Source: Narcine bancroftii (Eukaryota). Taken from it: a stretch of 64,000 bases of DNA. The notes under the pieces are model-generated. The model made no database searches. It saw nothing but the letters and a program-made list of their open reading frames with translations, and was not told the origin of the DNA. The DNA lies in NCBI RefSeq assembly GCF_036971445.1, contig NC_091474.1, positions 80,228,001 to 80,292,000 on the forward strand, read 5' to 3'. Positions 39,130 through 52,330 of the stretch are shown here, piece by piece. Numbering within the stretch: the stretch's first letter is position 1; each line of letters opens with the position of its first letter. The position numbers were made by a program, and so were the translations under genes.

Positions 39130-40100
39130 GTTCAGCTCCTTCACATTCAGCCGATCAAGTCTGCCTCTGCCATTCAGTTATTTATTTTCCCATTCAGCTC
39201 CACTGCCTGGCCTTCTCCCCATAATCTTTGATGCCCTGTCTAATCAAAAAATATTAATCACTGCCTTAAATTCACCAAATGACCCTGCCTCCCGCCTGTG
39301 ACAACAAATTCCACAGATTTACCACCTCTGGCTGAAGAAATTCCTACACGTCTCTGTTCTAAGCAGATGCCATTCAATCCTGAAGTTGTGCACTTTTGTC
39401 TGAAACTCTCCCACCAACAACTTCTACTCTGTCCACACCTTTCAATTTCAAAATGCTTCCATTAGATCACCCCCCTCAATTCTCTTAAATTTCATCAAAT
39501 ACAGGCTAACGCTCCTCATGTGATTAACATTTCACATCCTAGTGAATCTCCTCTGAACCCTCTCCAGTTTTGGAACCATTTTTCTTGAATGAGGAGCCCA
39601 AAACTGCTCACAAAACTCCAAGGAAAACTCCAACATCACATCCCTGCTCTTATCTTCTATTCCTCTTGAAATGAATGCCAGCATTACATTTGCCTTCTTC
39701 ACCACCAACTCAATGTGTAAGTTTACCTTCAGGCTTTCCTGCACAAGGTCTCCTTTGCATCTGGGAATTTTCATTTTTCTCCCCATTTAAAAAAGAGTAA
39801 GCCATTTATTTTTTTGACCAGAGTGTATGACCATACACTTTCCAACATCATATTTCATTGTATTCCACTTCTCTGACCATTCTGTTGAAGTCCTTCTGCA
39901 GCCTCTGCATTTCCTCTACACCACCTATTCCTCCATCTTCCTTCATATAATTTGCACACTTGGCCACAAAGCTATTCATTCCACAATCCAAATCATTATT
40001 GTACAATATAAAAAGAATCAGCCCCAACACTGACCTCAGTGGAACACCACTAGCAACCAGGAGCCAATCAGAACCTGATCATTGGATTCTCTGCTTCCTC
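39130..40100 (-). mobile_element. CR1 LINE fragment
   Basis: Translates to LFILYNNDLD...VAKCANYMK (a degenerate FADD region), VKKANVMLAFISRGI and LERVQRRFTRM. Confidence 0.85.
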
Positions 40101-41240
40101 CAATCTGTCTTCTTCAGCTTACAGTGGTCACAACCTTTTATTGAACAAGCTTGAAACTAATTTTGTAGATTCAATTATACCCTTCAAAAGAAATGTAGTT
40201 GAAGAGAGATATTTGCCAGGCTATGTGGGTGGGGGGGGGGGGGGGGGGGGGGCAGGGAACTGAATTAATCAGCTAACCTTTTCCAAGATCTGGCACAGGC
40301 ATGAGAAGGTGAATGGTCTCTAGTGTTGCATGATAGTCTCATTCCCTGCTAACATGGACCAAGATAGAAAAAAAATTAGAGAAACAGTATATGTTCTTCT
40401 TTACAATCCAGCCCATGAAACCCATGCTGTCCAATTAACCAACCAACCCCATCTGTTTTGGGAGGGTGGGAAGAAATGGAGCACTCAGAGAAAATCCATG
40501 CAGGTAATGGGGAGAACGTAAACTCCTTCCAGATAGTGCCTGACTCAAACCCAGGACACTAGCATTGTAATAGTTGGGGTGTGGGATGAGGAAACAGAGA
40601 GTGATAGGAATATGGAAACTGTCTTGCCCCTGAGAGTAGCTGAGCACTTAAAGAGAAACTGGATTATATATCAATGAGGGAGACAAGAATAGGGCCAGAC
40701 TCCAGTGAGATAGGGAAGGCTTATGTAGAGCATAAACACAAGTTGGGACCAGTTGTGAAGAATGGCCTGTCTCTGTGCCATTCATACTGCATACTGCAGT
40801 ACAGTTAGTGGCACCCTCCCCCCAAATGAACCCCCACAGACCAAGAAGTCTGACATTTGCACGAGTCAAAGGGCAGAGAGCAAAACTCCATGGCGAAATG
40901 AACAAGTGTTTCCTCAGATGCAACAACTTCGATTCAGAATGTGCCAAAAGACAAAGTGCACAAGAGTGAAATGTGAGAAAGTTTGGCATCGGCTGAAAGA
41001 AAGAAAGTTAGAGCAGTGAACAAATGTGGATGTTAAAAGAGAAACAAAGAGGTTCAGGCAGAGAATTCATAGATCCGAGTGAGAATGGGAGATAAGCAGA
41101 TGGATAGAGTTTGCTCTACTTTTCCATTCACAGTTTGTTTGTTGAGGGTAATGTGAGGGTTTATTTCTAAAGAGCATTTTGTTTCATAAGTGTAACCGAT
41201 GAAACCTTAGACAGATAATAGTGTAGTGGGTGACATGAAG

Positions 41241-41689
41241 CAGTGGTGTAGCTCGAGGGGGATTAGGGGGAGCAACTGCTCCCCAAACCACATTCTTCAA
41301 AGGTGGCAGCTTCCCCCCACCCCACCCCACCCCACCCCACCCCACCCCGCCACCAGTCCACTGCTGCCACCAGTCCACTGCTGCCACCACCACCCTGGTC
41401 TGACGATGAAGCCACCCCTGCCCCCCAGTCCAACACTGCCACCACCCCTCCCCTCTGGTCCAATGTCACCGTCACCTCTCCCCACCCCCCCATCTGACAC
41501 TGTTGCCACCTCCCTCCCCAGAAAAATCATTGCAGCCTGCCATTCAACCACTGACTCACCATCTGGCCCACGCATGGTAAAAGGTTGCTTTAAAAATGTA
41601 TGATGAATTTTAAATTATTTGGTATGCGTCTTGGCACCTTTTTTACTGTGCTTTGCTCCCCCTAACTTTAGAACCTGGCTATGCCCCTG
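41241..41689. mobile_element. Non-autonomous hAT element
   Basis: Perfect 8-bp TSD ACATGAAG (41233-41240 and 41690-41697), TIRs CAGTGGTGTAGC and GCTATGCCCCTG, and an internal (CCCCA)n tract. Confidence 0.85.
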
Positions 41690-43020
41690 ACATGAAGGTG
41701 TTGCAATGTACTCCCTTGCAGACTTGTATGACTACAGTTTCATAATGCGGTCCCACTGACTCCATGTGACAGCAGAAAACTAATACTGTTTATAGCAAGT
41801 CTCTTGGGCCGAGCAGCTTCTAAATGTGAATTGTGCCTGGTGTATCAGGATTGAGGGGGATTTTAGTCCCTGCAGTTGATCAGAGTTGAATCCTCTCTTA
41901 ATGGGAAAAAGTCTCAAGCATGCAAGACAGGGTTCCCTGCAGTCAAATGGCTATTAAGTTCTGTCCTGCTACCCTTGCTCTGTACTGTTGCCATCTTTTT
42001 CTTTCTACTTTGTAATTGTCCTCTTATTCTTGTACTTTATATGTCTGGGTGAATGTGAGTGTTGAAATGTTAGAGTGCTCACAGAAGAGGCCTTCTACCA
42101 GATATAATGTGACAAATTATATTAAAAATTTCTGAAATGTAGTCATTGCTGGACTGGAGAAAACAAGGTAGCCATTTTGTTCACAGCAAGATCCCAGAAA
42201 TTGGATGTTGAACTGACTGATCCTTTAACAGTTGAACTGATAAGGGGGTTTATCAGCCAGTTCAACATCCCTACTCTTCTTCTGTGCACTCAAAGGAACT
42301 CTGAGAGCCAGTGAGGTTTGACCATCACATCGGATGTGACAGTGCTGCACTCCCCCGTTGGATGAGACATTTGTGTGCAAGATTCCAAAGTGGGAGTTGA
42401 ACCCTCAACCTCCTGCCTCACTGAGCCACAGCTGCCGGGAGATCAGCTCATGCATACGAGTCTGAGCCCATCCCCCAACCCAATGCCCCCTCTGGAGAGG
42501 TAGGTTTGCAGCTGATACTGGTTAGTGGGAAGGTTGCTTACTAAGTGAATTGTGTGCTGGCCAAAGTTTCCACATGCAGCATTTTATCATTAATTAACAC
42601 ATTTCTTGCATTGAATGGAGGCCGTTAAGTGTTGAGCCAGCTGTGGATGACACAGATTGCCTTTACTGCAAAGCTGATTAATGTTTTTCTGCTGAAAAGT
42701 CTGTAAAAACGACAACGTGAGCAGACTACCAAGGGACTGTAATGTGTGATTTACTTCTCCCTTGTCCATGTGCTCCTTCCACCTCATTTCTGTTGAAGGT
42801 CATTTCCATATTAAAAATCCTCTGTGAACTGAAATATGTATCAATGGAAAACAAAAATATAAATGTACCAGAAACTGTACAATCATATAAGACATTTTTC
42901 TCTCAGGCAGCTGGCTTTCAAGAAGAAAAGGCAGGGTAATATTCCAGCTTGAAACCTCTAGTTTAATTTTATAGTTTGATGACACCCTACATGCTTCTCC
43001 AATGAGTTCACAAGATATAT

Positions 43021-44657
43021 CTTTGACTTGGCTTCGCGGACGAAGATTTATGGAGGGGTATGTCTGCTGCAGGCTCGTTGGTGACTGACAAGTCCAATGC
43101 GGGACAGGCAGGCACGGTTGCAGCGATTGCAATGGAAAATTGGTGGGTTGGGGTTGGGTGTTTCCTCCTTTGTCTTTTGTCAGTGAGGTGGGCTCTGCGG
43201 TCTTCTTCAAAGGAGGTTGCTGCCCGCCGAAGTGAGGCACCAAGATGCACGGTTGGAGGCGAGATCAGCCCACTGGCGGTGGTCAATGGGGCAGGCACCA
43301 AGAGATTTCTTTAAGCAGTCCTTGTACCTCTTCTTTGGTGTACCTCTGTCTCAGTGGCCAGTGGAGAGCTCGCCATAGAACATGATCTTGGGAAGGCAAT
43401 GGTCCTCCCTTCTGGAGACGTGACACACCCAGCACAGTTGGGTCTTCAGCAGCATGGATTCGATGCTGTCGGACTCTGCCAGCTCGAGTACTTCGATATT
43501 GGTGATGAAGTCATTCCAATGAATGTTGAGGATGGAGCGGAGACAGCGCTGATGGAAGAGTTCTAGGAGCTGTAGGTGATGCCGGTAGAGGACCCATGAT
43601 TCGGAGCCGAACAGGAGCGTGGGTATGACAACGGCTCTGTACACGCTGATCTTTGTGTGTTTCTTCAGCCTGAAGACTACCTGGATGCATCCCCGATCCA
43701 AACACTGGCATCTCCTGGACTACGTTCTGGTGCGAGGAAGAGACAAACGAGATGTACTCCACACCAGGGTCATGCCCAGCGCGGAATGCCACACTGACCA
43801 CCGGCTTGTTCGCTGCAAGCTCAACCTTCACTTCAAGCCAAAGTTCAAGAACAGTGGAGCCCCTAGAAAGAGGTTCAATGTTGGAAACTTACAGTCAGAC
43901 ATAGTGAGAGGAAACTTCCAGGCAAACCTCCAAGCAAAGCTCGACGATGCAAACTGCCTCACGGACACGTCTCCTGAAACCCTCTGGGATCAGCTGAAAA
44001 TGGCCATACTGCAATCCACTGAAGAGGTACTGGGCTTCTCCTCCAGGAAAAACAAGGACTGGTTTGACGAAAACAACCAGGAAATCCAGGATCTGCTGGC
44101 AAAGAAGCGATCTGCCCACCAGGCTCACCTTGCAAAGCCTTCCTGGCCAGAGAGAAAACGAGCCTTCTGTCTCGCATGCAGCCACCTTCAGCGCAAACTC
44201 TGGGAGATCCAAAATGAGTGGTGGACTAGCCTCGCCAAGCGAACCCAGCTCAGCGCGGACATTGGCGACTTTAGGGGTTTCTACGAGGCTCTAAAGGCGG
44301 TGTACGGCCCCTCACCCCAAGTCCAAAGCCCTCTGCGCAGCTCAGACGGCAAAGTCCTCCTCAGCGACAAGATCTCCATCCTCAATCGATGGTCAGAACA
44401 CTTCCAATCCCTTTTCAGTGCCAACCACTCAGTCCAAGAATCCGCCCTGCTCCAGCTCCCTCAACAACCCTTGAGGCTAGAGCTGGATGAGGTCCTTACC
44501 CAGGAAGAGACATATAAGGCAATTGAACAACTGAAAAGTGGCAAAGCAGCAGGTATGGATGGAATCCACCCCCCAGAGGTCTGGAAGGCTGGCGGCAAAG
44601 CTCTGCGTACCAAACAGCATGAGTTTTTCATGCTCTGCTGGGACCAAGGAAAGCTGC
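43021..44657. mobile_element. RTE (BovB-like) LINE with 5' inversion
   Basis: 43021-~43668 is the RTE 3' end on the minus strand (KISVYRAVVIPTLLFGSESW, zinc knuckle). ~43670-44657 is an open endonuclease-end/linker frame on the plus strand (TTWMHPRSKHWHLLDYVLVR...TDHRLV...KSGKAAGMDGI). Confidence 0.9.
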
Positions 44658-45544
44658 AAGAGGACGAGCTGCAACTTAACTCTTCTCCTTCCACAAGATT
44701 TGTGCTTGAACCTTCAAACTCTCCAGTCCCCAGCTCTGGCATTCCATCCTGCGATCTCCACCTTTATCTTCCCTTTCAAACTAATCTTTAACCAAGCTTT
44801 CGGTTGCTTCCTGTAATAGTTTCTGCTGAGATGTATATCTGCCGTTGTGAATAGGTTGTATTGTGAATAATGGAATCAATGTTTCTGGGAGTCCACTGAA
44901 CTAGTGACCTATCATGGGCACACAACATCTCCTTACTTGTCAGGAAGGCACAACAGTGACTGCACTTCCTGAGAAGACTGAAATGAGAAAGGCTAGCAGG
45001 CACCTTCATGTCAACCTTCTGAAGGAGCTCGATTGAGACCGTCCTGGATAGCTGCATCACAGTGTGGTGTCGAGAATTGGGGTCAATCCACAGGACCACA
45101 AGAAAGGGCAGAGAGGATCACTGGGGTCTCTCTCCCCCCCCCCCCTCATCAATGTGATCTACTGGGTTCGTTGTCTGAAGAGGACACACAAAATCATTTG
45201 AGCACGCCTTACACAAATGAGACAATTTTAGTTTAAACGTATATGCTCTATGGACCACTTTAAATTGCAGGAGACAATGTTGTGCACAAGAGATGTAGTG
45301 TTAATCAGTTTAAAAATAGAATTCCAAACCTCATTGGACAGTTAAAGGTTCAAATCCTGCTTCCAGGCGTTCTTGATTTTATTTAACAGGGCCTGTCTTA
45401 AATCAGTCAATTTGTCATAAATAAGACATGTTAAGCCTTTATAGGGAGGTTGTGTTTCAAAAAAATGAATCAAGAATATTCACCTTGGGAGTCCCTGGAA
45501 AATCAGAAATCTGAAATTGAACAAAATATCTAATTTATAACTAT

Positions 45545-45940
45545 CCAAAAAAAAAAAGACCTTTAGGTAAGTTAAATTTTACCACTAATTGTTCAAATGA
45601 TGCAAAATTGTTGTCAATAGGAAGGTCTTGAAAACATTTAATACCCAATCTGTGCCAATCCTTGAAGGCAGAGTTCTTGCAAAGAAGGTTGAAAGAGGTG
45701 AGGGTGTTAATGGTCTTTTTAATGCCCACCCATGGGCTATGTCTTGATAGAGTTGAAAGACAAAATAATGAACATGTAAATGGTATTCCCTGTTGGTTGT
45801 TTGAAATGGATGGGATAACATTTGTGGAGAACCTAGATGTTTCCTGGGTAATTTTTTTCAAAAATGCTTGTGATTCTGGAAACAAGAAGACTGAGCAAAC
45901 TTTGAAGATAAAAACGCGAAGAACCTGCATAACTTTTCCG
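45545..45940 (-). mobile_element. L1-clade ORF2 fragment
   Basis: Translates to SAFKDWHRLGIKCFQDL..DNNFASFEQLVVKFNLPK, typical of the post-RT region of fish L1/Tx1 elements. Confidence 0.65.
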
Positions 45941-45959
45941 GTCCCGATAGTTTTACGTT

Positions 45960-46170
45960 TGGACAGACAGAACGGTAACAGGCCCTTTTGGCCCACAAGC
46001 CCATGTCACCCAATTACATCTAATTGAGCGACAACCACAGGTACATTTTGAAGGGTGGGAGAAAACTGGAGCCCTTGGGGAAAACCCACGCAGAGGATTC
46101 GAACCCTGATCCTGATTACTGGCACTGTAACAGGAGTGTGCTAACCATTACTCTAACCGTGCTGTCCTAA
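45960..46170 (-). mobile_element. HE1/V-SINE-like SINE
   Basis: Same head and tail as the other SINE copies. Confidence 0.75.
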
Positions 46171-48059
46171 ATTTCTTCAAGGTTACACAGAAACATGTTT
46201 GTGATGGAATTGTGGTGTTGAAAAGGTTGATGAAAACTATTTCAAGTATCTTTTATCGTCATGTAATAGAACAGAAAATGTTATATTACACAAAATTTCC
46301 TTTAGTCTCCCATCAGGTGAACAAAGATTTGCATCAGCAGAAATTGCCAGGCACCCCTTACAGTCAGAGAAAGAGAAGCAAAAGAGGGTTCTCCCAGAGT
46401 TACTGAGCATCCATGGATTTGCCACAGGCGCACAGCCTTCAGTCAAAACCGTCAATAACCAGAGCTCAAGATCTAAACCTCCAATATGATCAGGAAGCCT
46501 CCAGCACCCTCGTCACCCTCTTACATCCCTGTTCCAATACCTGGCACCCCTTTGGCTGGTCTCGACCCAGTCTCACGCAAACTGCAGCCAGCTGAGAGCC
46601 CCTTTACTACAGTCAGCAGGAGTCCACAGCCTGCATAGATTCTTCGCCTCGAGCTACTAACAGCCTGTCGCTTCTGTGTCCTTTGGTCTCAGAGCCCCTC
46701 ACTGGTCCGTAGTCACGATCGCTGTCCCGTGGGCCATCTCCTCTGTTTCTTCTTCTCAAACAGGGGTGCTCCCCCCCCTTTTCTGGTCCCCTGCGCCAGT
46801 CCTTGCTTCCTCGGAGACCCCACGATTGCAGGATTTTAAAATCAAACAAACCATTTTTGGGACCTTTAACAGGCCATTTTAAGCCGACGGCAGTTGGACC
46901 CTAAGCGGGAGCGCTGTGTCTCTGCTCTGCACCAGCGGCATTGCTGCTGTTGCAGCAGCTCCGGCAGTGCCACCATTTTTGAATTATGGCCTTGGTTATC
47001 TCATGGAGCTGTGCAGCCCATAGTTACCCCACACCTCCACTTTTTGAGCTGGGTGCTTGAAGAAAGCTTGACGTCACGTCAAACAAAATCTCCATTTTCC
47101 CTTGTGCCCTTTTCTCTACATCGGTGGGAGGTTTTATTTGATGTGCTCACATCTGTTGGAGGTTTTGTTCGCATAATGAGAGCATTGTTCATCTCTGAAT
47201 CAATGTCTTAGAGCAAGACATCAATCAACGGTTCTCAAGGTTGCGGGATGACGGGGAGATTTATTCCAGAGTTGTGGGATGTGGCAGGAGCAGGGGAACA
47301 ATCTCTCCAAACAATTGACCTAAGTTGGCTTGGAGGTTTTCTTTTTGGGTGCCCCCATGTGAATGGGAGGTCAAACTTTCTCATCTGCAGCTGGGAATCT
47401 GGAATCAAATCTCACCTCTTTATAATTAACTTGAGAGTTGGAGTTGCAGTCTCCCAGTGCTGCCTTCAAGACATTTTATTTCTTTGTGAGCAAATTCACT
47501 GAGGCATTCCCCAAGAAAACATGCTTTTAAAACAAATAACCTCATTCAAACACTTTAATTTTGGTTGTAGGTGAGACTTTGATGTAAACTTTCAGGAATT
47601 TCTCTCCAGAGTTGGTAAACTGACTCAATTTCGTAAATTTCAAAGCACAAATGTGCAGTGGATTTTTTCATGTAATCTTATTTTATATTTCAACTGTAAT
47701 TAGACCTGCATCTTTAAAAGCAGTTGATATGCCATGAAGTACAAAATTATATCCAGACATAAACTCTTCCACACTCATACCTCATTTCCTTTGATTGCTT
47801 CAACAATGTGCATTCATCAGTTTCTGGAGAAAAATCTGTCCAGACAACCTGATGTTAATTGAGCACACATCTTGATGCTGGAGATATCTCCTCTTCTTCT
47901 TTGAAATGTCGTTATGAGAGTTGGTGAGCAGGGTCAAATTCAAGTCTGAAATAACTGAAGATAATATCTTGGTTTTTGTAGCTTTTCCAATGTTTTATGC
48001 TTATCTAGCCCTCAACAGTCATGAGCTAAATATTTGGGTCTGAAGGTAAAATGAAAGGC

Positions 48060-48170
48060 GCACGCACGCACATTGGCTCCTTTAATCACCTGTCCTATTT
48101 TGGGTAAACCTAGGCCAGCCTCACTGACCAAAAGGGAGGTATATAGCCCAACACGAGGAGCAGCTGGGTT
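48060..48170 (+). promoter_or_regulatory. Candidate TATA promoter with CArG box and E-boxes
   Basis: ATTGG at 48072-48076, CACCTG at 48087-48092, perfect CArG CCTATTTTGG at 48094-48103, TATATAG at 48140-48146 and CAGCTG at 48161-48166. No downstream coding exon was identified. Confidence 0.45.
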
Positions 48171-48529
48171 TCTTCTCCCCGAGGAACGAACCTGAGCTCC
48201 ACTCCAGGTCACAAGCAGGAGCCGACACTGGAGAATCGATATCAAAGTGTGTGCCAGTAATGGGTGCGGAGTTTTTGTGGTGCACATGAATGAACCAACT
48301 TTTTAACATGTTTCTTCTTAATTAATCTTAGTGCCACACCTACATCTGGTCAAGGGGTGGCAGGTACAGTTGTTGCATCTTTCCTCTACACAATATGTAT
48401 ATTTAGCACATTTTGTAGTCATTACCTTTTTAGTTGGGTCCAATGAAGCTGCTGCATGTAACCTTGTGTGAATGTGTGACTGAGTGTGATTCCCTGTGGT
48501 GAGTTTCACCTGGGGCAAATAAAGTCAAA

Positions 48530-49300
48530 TTATTGTAATCTGATTGCAAAAGTACAACCTGACGAAACAGTGTTCTCCGGTCCTCAGTGAAAAACATGCA
48601 AACTCAACCAGACATAACAGACATACAGACTAGCAATACGTATGCAGGACAAGTATTTAATCTATACAAATAAATAAATTTTTTTTTTTACATATTAGAG
48701 TCTTGGAGGGTTAGTGTGAGCAGTTGCTTTGGTCGTTCAGCATTCTCACTGCCCGTGGGAAGACGCTGTTCCTCAGCCTGGTGGTTTTGGCTCCGAAACT
48801 CCTGTATCTCTTTCCCGACGGGAGCAGCTGAAAAATGCTGTGTGCAGGGTGGAAGGGGTCCTCAATGATTTTGCGCGTCCTCTTCAGACAATGATCCCGG
48901 TAGATCACATCGATGGGGGGAGGGAGACTCTGTGATCCTCTTTCCCACTCTGATCCTGTGGATTGACCTCTGATCCATTTCTCTGAAGCAACCATACTGC
49001 ATGGTGATGCAGCTCTCAAGAGAGCATAATGGTGGCCGGTAGCTTTGCCTGCTTCAGAGTTCTCAGGAACTGCAGTCATTGTTCTGCCTTCCTGACAAGT
49101 GAGAAGATGTTGTGTGTCCACAATAGGTCATTAGTTAAGTGAACTCCAAGGAATTTGGTGCTTTTTACTCTCTCCACTACAGAGTTATTGATGTGTAGTG
49201 GAGAGTGTTCACTCCTGACCCTCCTGAAATCCATGATCATCTCCTTTGCATTGTCCATGTTGAGACTGTTACTCTCACACCATTTCATGAGATTTTCCAC
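48530..49300 (-). mobile_element. Rex1/Babar-type LINE 3' fragment
   Basis: Translates to KEMIMDFRR...VERVKSTKFLGVHL and HPAHSIFQLLPSGKRYRS...TTRLRNSVFPRAVRMLN. Confidence 0.85.
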
Positions 49301-50385
49301 CTTTTGCTACAACTAATCCACGTCCAGACTCATTGCTTCTAGTACCCATTGAACTTGTTCTTTACACAACATCTCTGTTCCAGAAGTGAGTCATCCCATT
49401 CGGGGGAATGTGATGGGAGTATGGGGAGATTAAAATAGGACTGTTGCAAATAGGTGCTTGATAATCAGTGCAGAATCATTGGGCCAAGGGTATTTTTTTC
49501 CTTGTTGCATGACCCAATATGTTCATGAGGATAAATCAATTAAATGGCTGTATAATTAAATCCCCTGAGAAACATTTTTCCTCCCTTTGTCATTGTTTCT
49601 TGTAGTTGTACCAGGTTGATTCACGTGGGAATTTCCATAGCTAGATTAGTCCGGAAATGCTATTTAGAGTGGATCATTTGGAATCGTCTTCTGTTGAGAG
49701 GTAAGATGAGTCCCTCCGTTATCTCAGATCAGAAACTTGAGTGCAGGCATATTTTTAAAAAAATTTAAACAATCCTTTGAAGATTTTATATTTTCCAGAA
49801 CATCTGGTTGAGCTCCTGAATTTAATTTTGTTCAATTCAGTTCTGTCTGGTGTCGTTGTCACACCTGTACTTCATAGGTTCAGCAGATGTGTGTCTACGT
49901 TGGTTGTTCTTGCCTTTCTTCAGAAGTTTTATAACCTGTTGCTGCACCTCGAACGTCTCAGCTTTTTCCCCCTCAAGTTGTTTAGCTGACACATGATTTC
50001 AGCTTTAAATGCTTCGACTTAGAACCAGACTGGGGTGGATTTAATCATCAGACCCCGAGAACGGTCCCCAAAGCCAATCGCATATTTGGAGAAACTTCGA
50101 ATTTCACGTTGGGATAAATCCGCAGGTCAGCACTGAACCTGGGTTTCTGGATCTGAGAAGCAGATTTAGTGAGACTCTCTTTTCCAACCAACCATCACTC
50201 TAAATGTAAACCTTCAGAGGATGTTCAGTGGATGGCTGGGTCCCTCCAATATTCTGCATTCACCTTTTAATGATTAAATCCTTTGAGTATGAATGTGTAC
50301 TTATTTGAGGATTACGTGAAATCTTGCCCTATGATAAGGTAATCATGTGTGAAGACTGAGAAAACCCATCTATGGTTGTCTAATG

Positions 50386-50731
50386 CAGCCATTCTCAATG
50401 GGCAAACTACTGCCTTCCTGTGGGGCCACAGTACATTTAAGTAAATGACCCAATGTGTCTATGAGGATAAATCAATTAAAGGCTGGACTTTAAAATCCCC
50501 TGAGAAACATCTGTCCTGGTTCAATGGAGGGTCTCCCAAAACTATCCACCAGCATTGTGTTTTCCTTTCACCTCATGTAACAAAATATTTAAAAAATTTT
50601 CTTAGATGTAGTCAGTAGGAGAGAAGTAGGGAAGAAACCAAAACTTGACTGTTTCACAGGGAAGGAGGCCCATAAACTCTAAGCAGAATCCGAGGAGGGG
50701 CATAGCCAAAAAAAAAGGTTGAGAATGGCTG
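50386..50731. mobile_element. Non-autonomous hAT element carrying a copy of nearby sequence
   Basis: Perfect 13-bp TIRs CAGCCATTCTCAA and TTGAGAATGGCTG, with TSD gtctaatg/gcctaatg (7 of 8 match). Confidence 0.85.
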
Positions 50732-50961
50732 GCCTAATGTGCATGGTTAATGAATAAGACTCCTTGACAGAAAATGAGTTTCTTTTCTATTTAGGCTACA
50801 TATCTTCCAGCCAGGCAGAGCAGAGAAGTTCTGTAATTACCCTGTTCAATCAAACCCTATCACCACACTGTTGTGAGTGCGATTGATTTGAAACACATAA
50901 TTTTGATGTGACTCTACTCCACTCACTACACTTTTCTGTGGAAATTACCCTTCTGTTATTT

Positions 50962-51388
50962 CAGTGGTTTTCAAACTTTTTTTTCCACTCACCTACCACC
51001 TTAAGTAATCCCTATCCCATATGTACTCTGTGATTAGTAAGGGATTGATTAAGATGGTATATGAGTGGGAAGGGAAGGTTGAGAATCACTGCTCTAGACC
51101 CAATTGTTTCTGAAATATTTTGCTGGAGAAAAATTGCCATTTGGCCCATTTCCTTTGGAGTATGGAACCATGCACATTATGAATCAATTAGGTACAATTA
51201 AAACAGTGGTATTCAAACTTTTTCTTCCTAGTCACATTACCACCTTAAGCGATCCCTTACTAATCACAGAATACCTATGGGATAGGGATTACTTAAGGTG
51301 GTAGGTGAGTGGAAAAAAAAGAGCCCCGATGACATAGGGCATACTTAAAGTGGGATGTGAGGGGAAAGGAAAAGGTTAAGAACCATTG
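50962..51388 (+). mobile_element. Compound hAT MITE (unit + spacer + unit + extra half unit)
   Basis: Two units of the 23833 family around a ~113-bp spacer. Outer flanks are tgttattt and tgtttttg (6 of 8 match). Confidence 0.8.
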
Positions 51389-51454
51389 TGTTTTTGGGAG
51401 ATATTACTGCAATTCTTCTCTGCCAACAGACTGTTTTTGTTTTTTTTTCCAAAA

Positions 51455-52330
51455 TGTATTTATTGAACATCAAAACAACTTGTTTCAGATGTGCGTGGTT
51501 CCTCACCACCCCCCCCCTTTTTTTAACTGCAAAACCAACACACATATACATAGATGTTCACATGCACCCTCAGAGACACACCTCCCACCACGACCATCTC
51601 GACACCTTTTCTGACAGTATCATTGCTATGTTACCGATAATTCTTGTGCGTGCATCACACAGTAAGACATTTACTTCGTAAGCATTTGTAAGTCAGAGAA
51701 ATAACACATAAAGGGTTACCATTTACAAAAAAAATTCCAATGGACCCCTTTTAATGTGTATTTCATTTTCTCTAGTCTAATTGAGAAAGTGATTTCCTTC
51801 ATCCTTTGTGTAGTAGAGGGATCCCTATCTGACTTCCCCTGTAACAAGACAAGATGCTTGGCTGATAGAGACGTAAATGCTATCACCTCTTTCTGCAGGG
51901 AATTTGGGGAGATGTCAGAGATTCCAAGTATTGCTGTCAATGGGCAGGGTTGCAAATGACCTTTAAATATTTCAGATAGCTGAGCCCTTGTATTTTGGGG
52001 CTTTGATAAAACAAGGTGAGCCATGACACCGATTGTATTTGTCCTCTACTACTGGAATAAATGCTGACTGTTTGGATTTAGAAAAGGGAGCCTGATGCAG
52101 CACCTTGAACTGAATGAGTCCCAAGCCAGTGAAGAAAGTGGCCGAGCGAATTCTCTCAACAGTCTCTTCCCACAGATTCTCCTCAATTTCCATTTTTATT
52201 TCTCACTCCCATTCTGTCTTTATTTTGGAAAGTGAATGTCTTTTGATTGAATGAATAGAGCTATACATTATTGAAATTGTCTCTCTCACTCCCACATTGA
52301 ACTTGGTGTGTTCAATAAAAATTCTAATAT
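51455..52330 (-). mobile_element. L1-clade ORF2 3' fragment
   Basis: Translates to EENLWEETVERI...LIQFKVLH...RCHGSP and PCPLTAILG...IRLEKMKYTLKG...KW, with an aataaa tail. Confidence 0.8.

Noticed and set aside
43619-44791. 390-aa ORF as a host gene
   Set aside because: It is a chimeric frame across the RTE inversion junction: an antisense start, an endonuclease/linker fragment and flank read-through.
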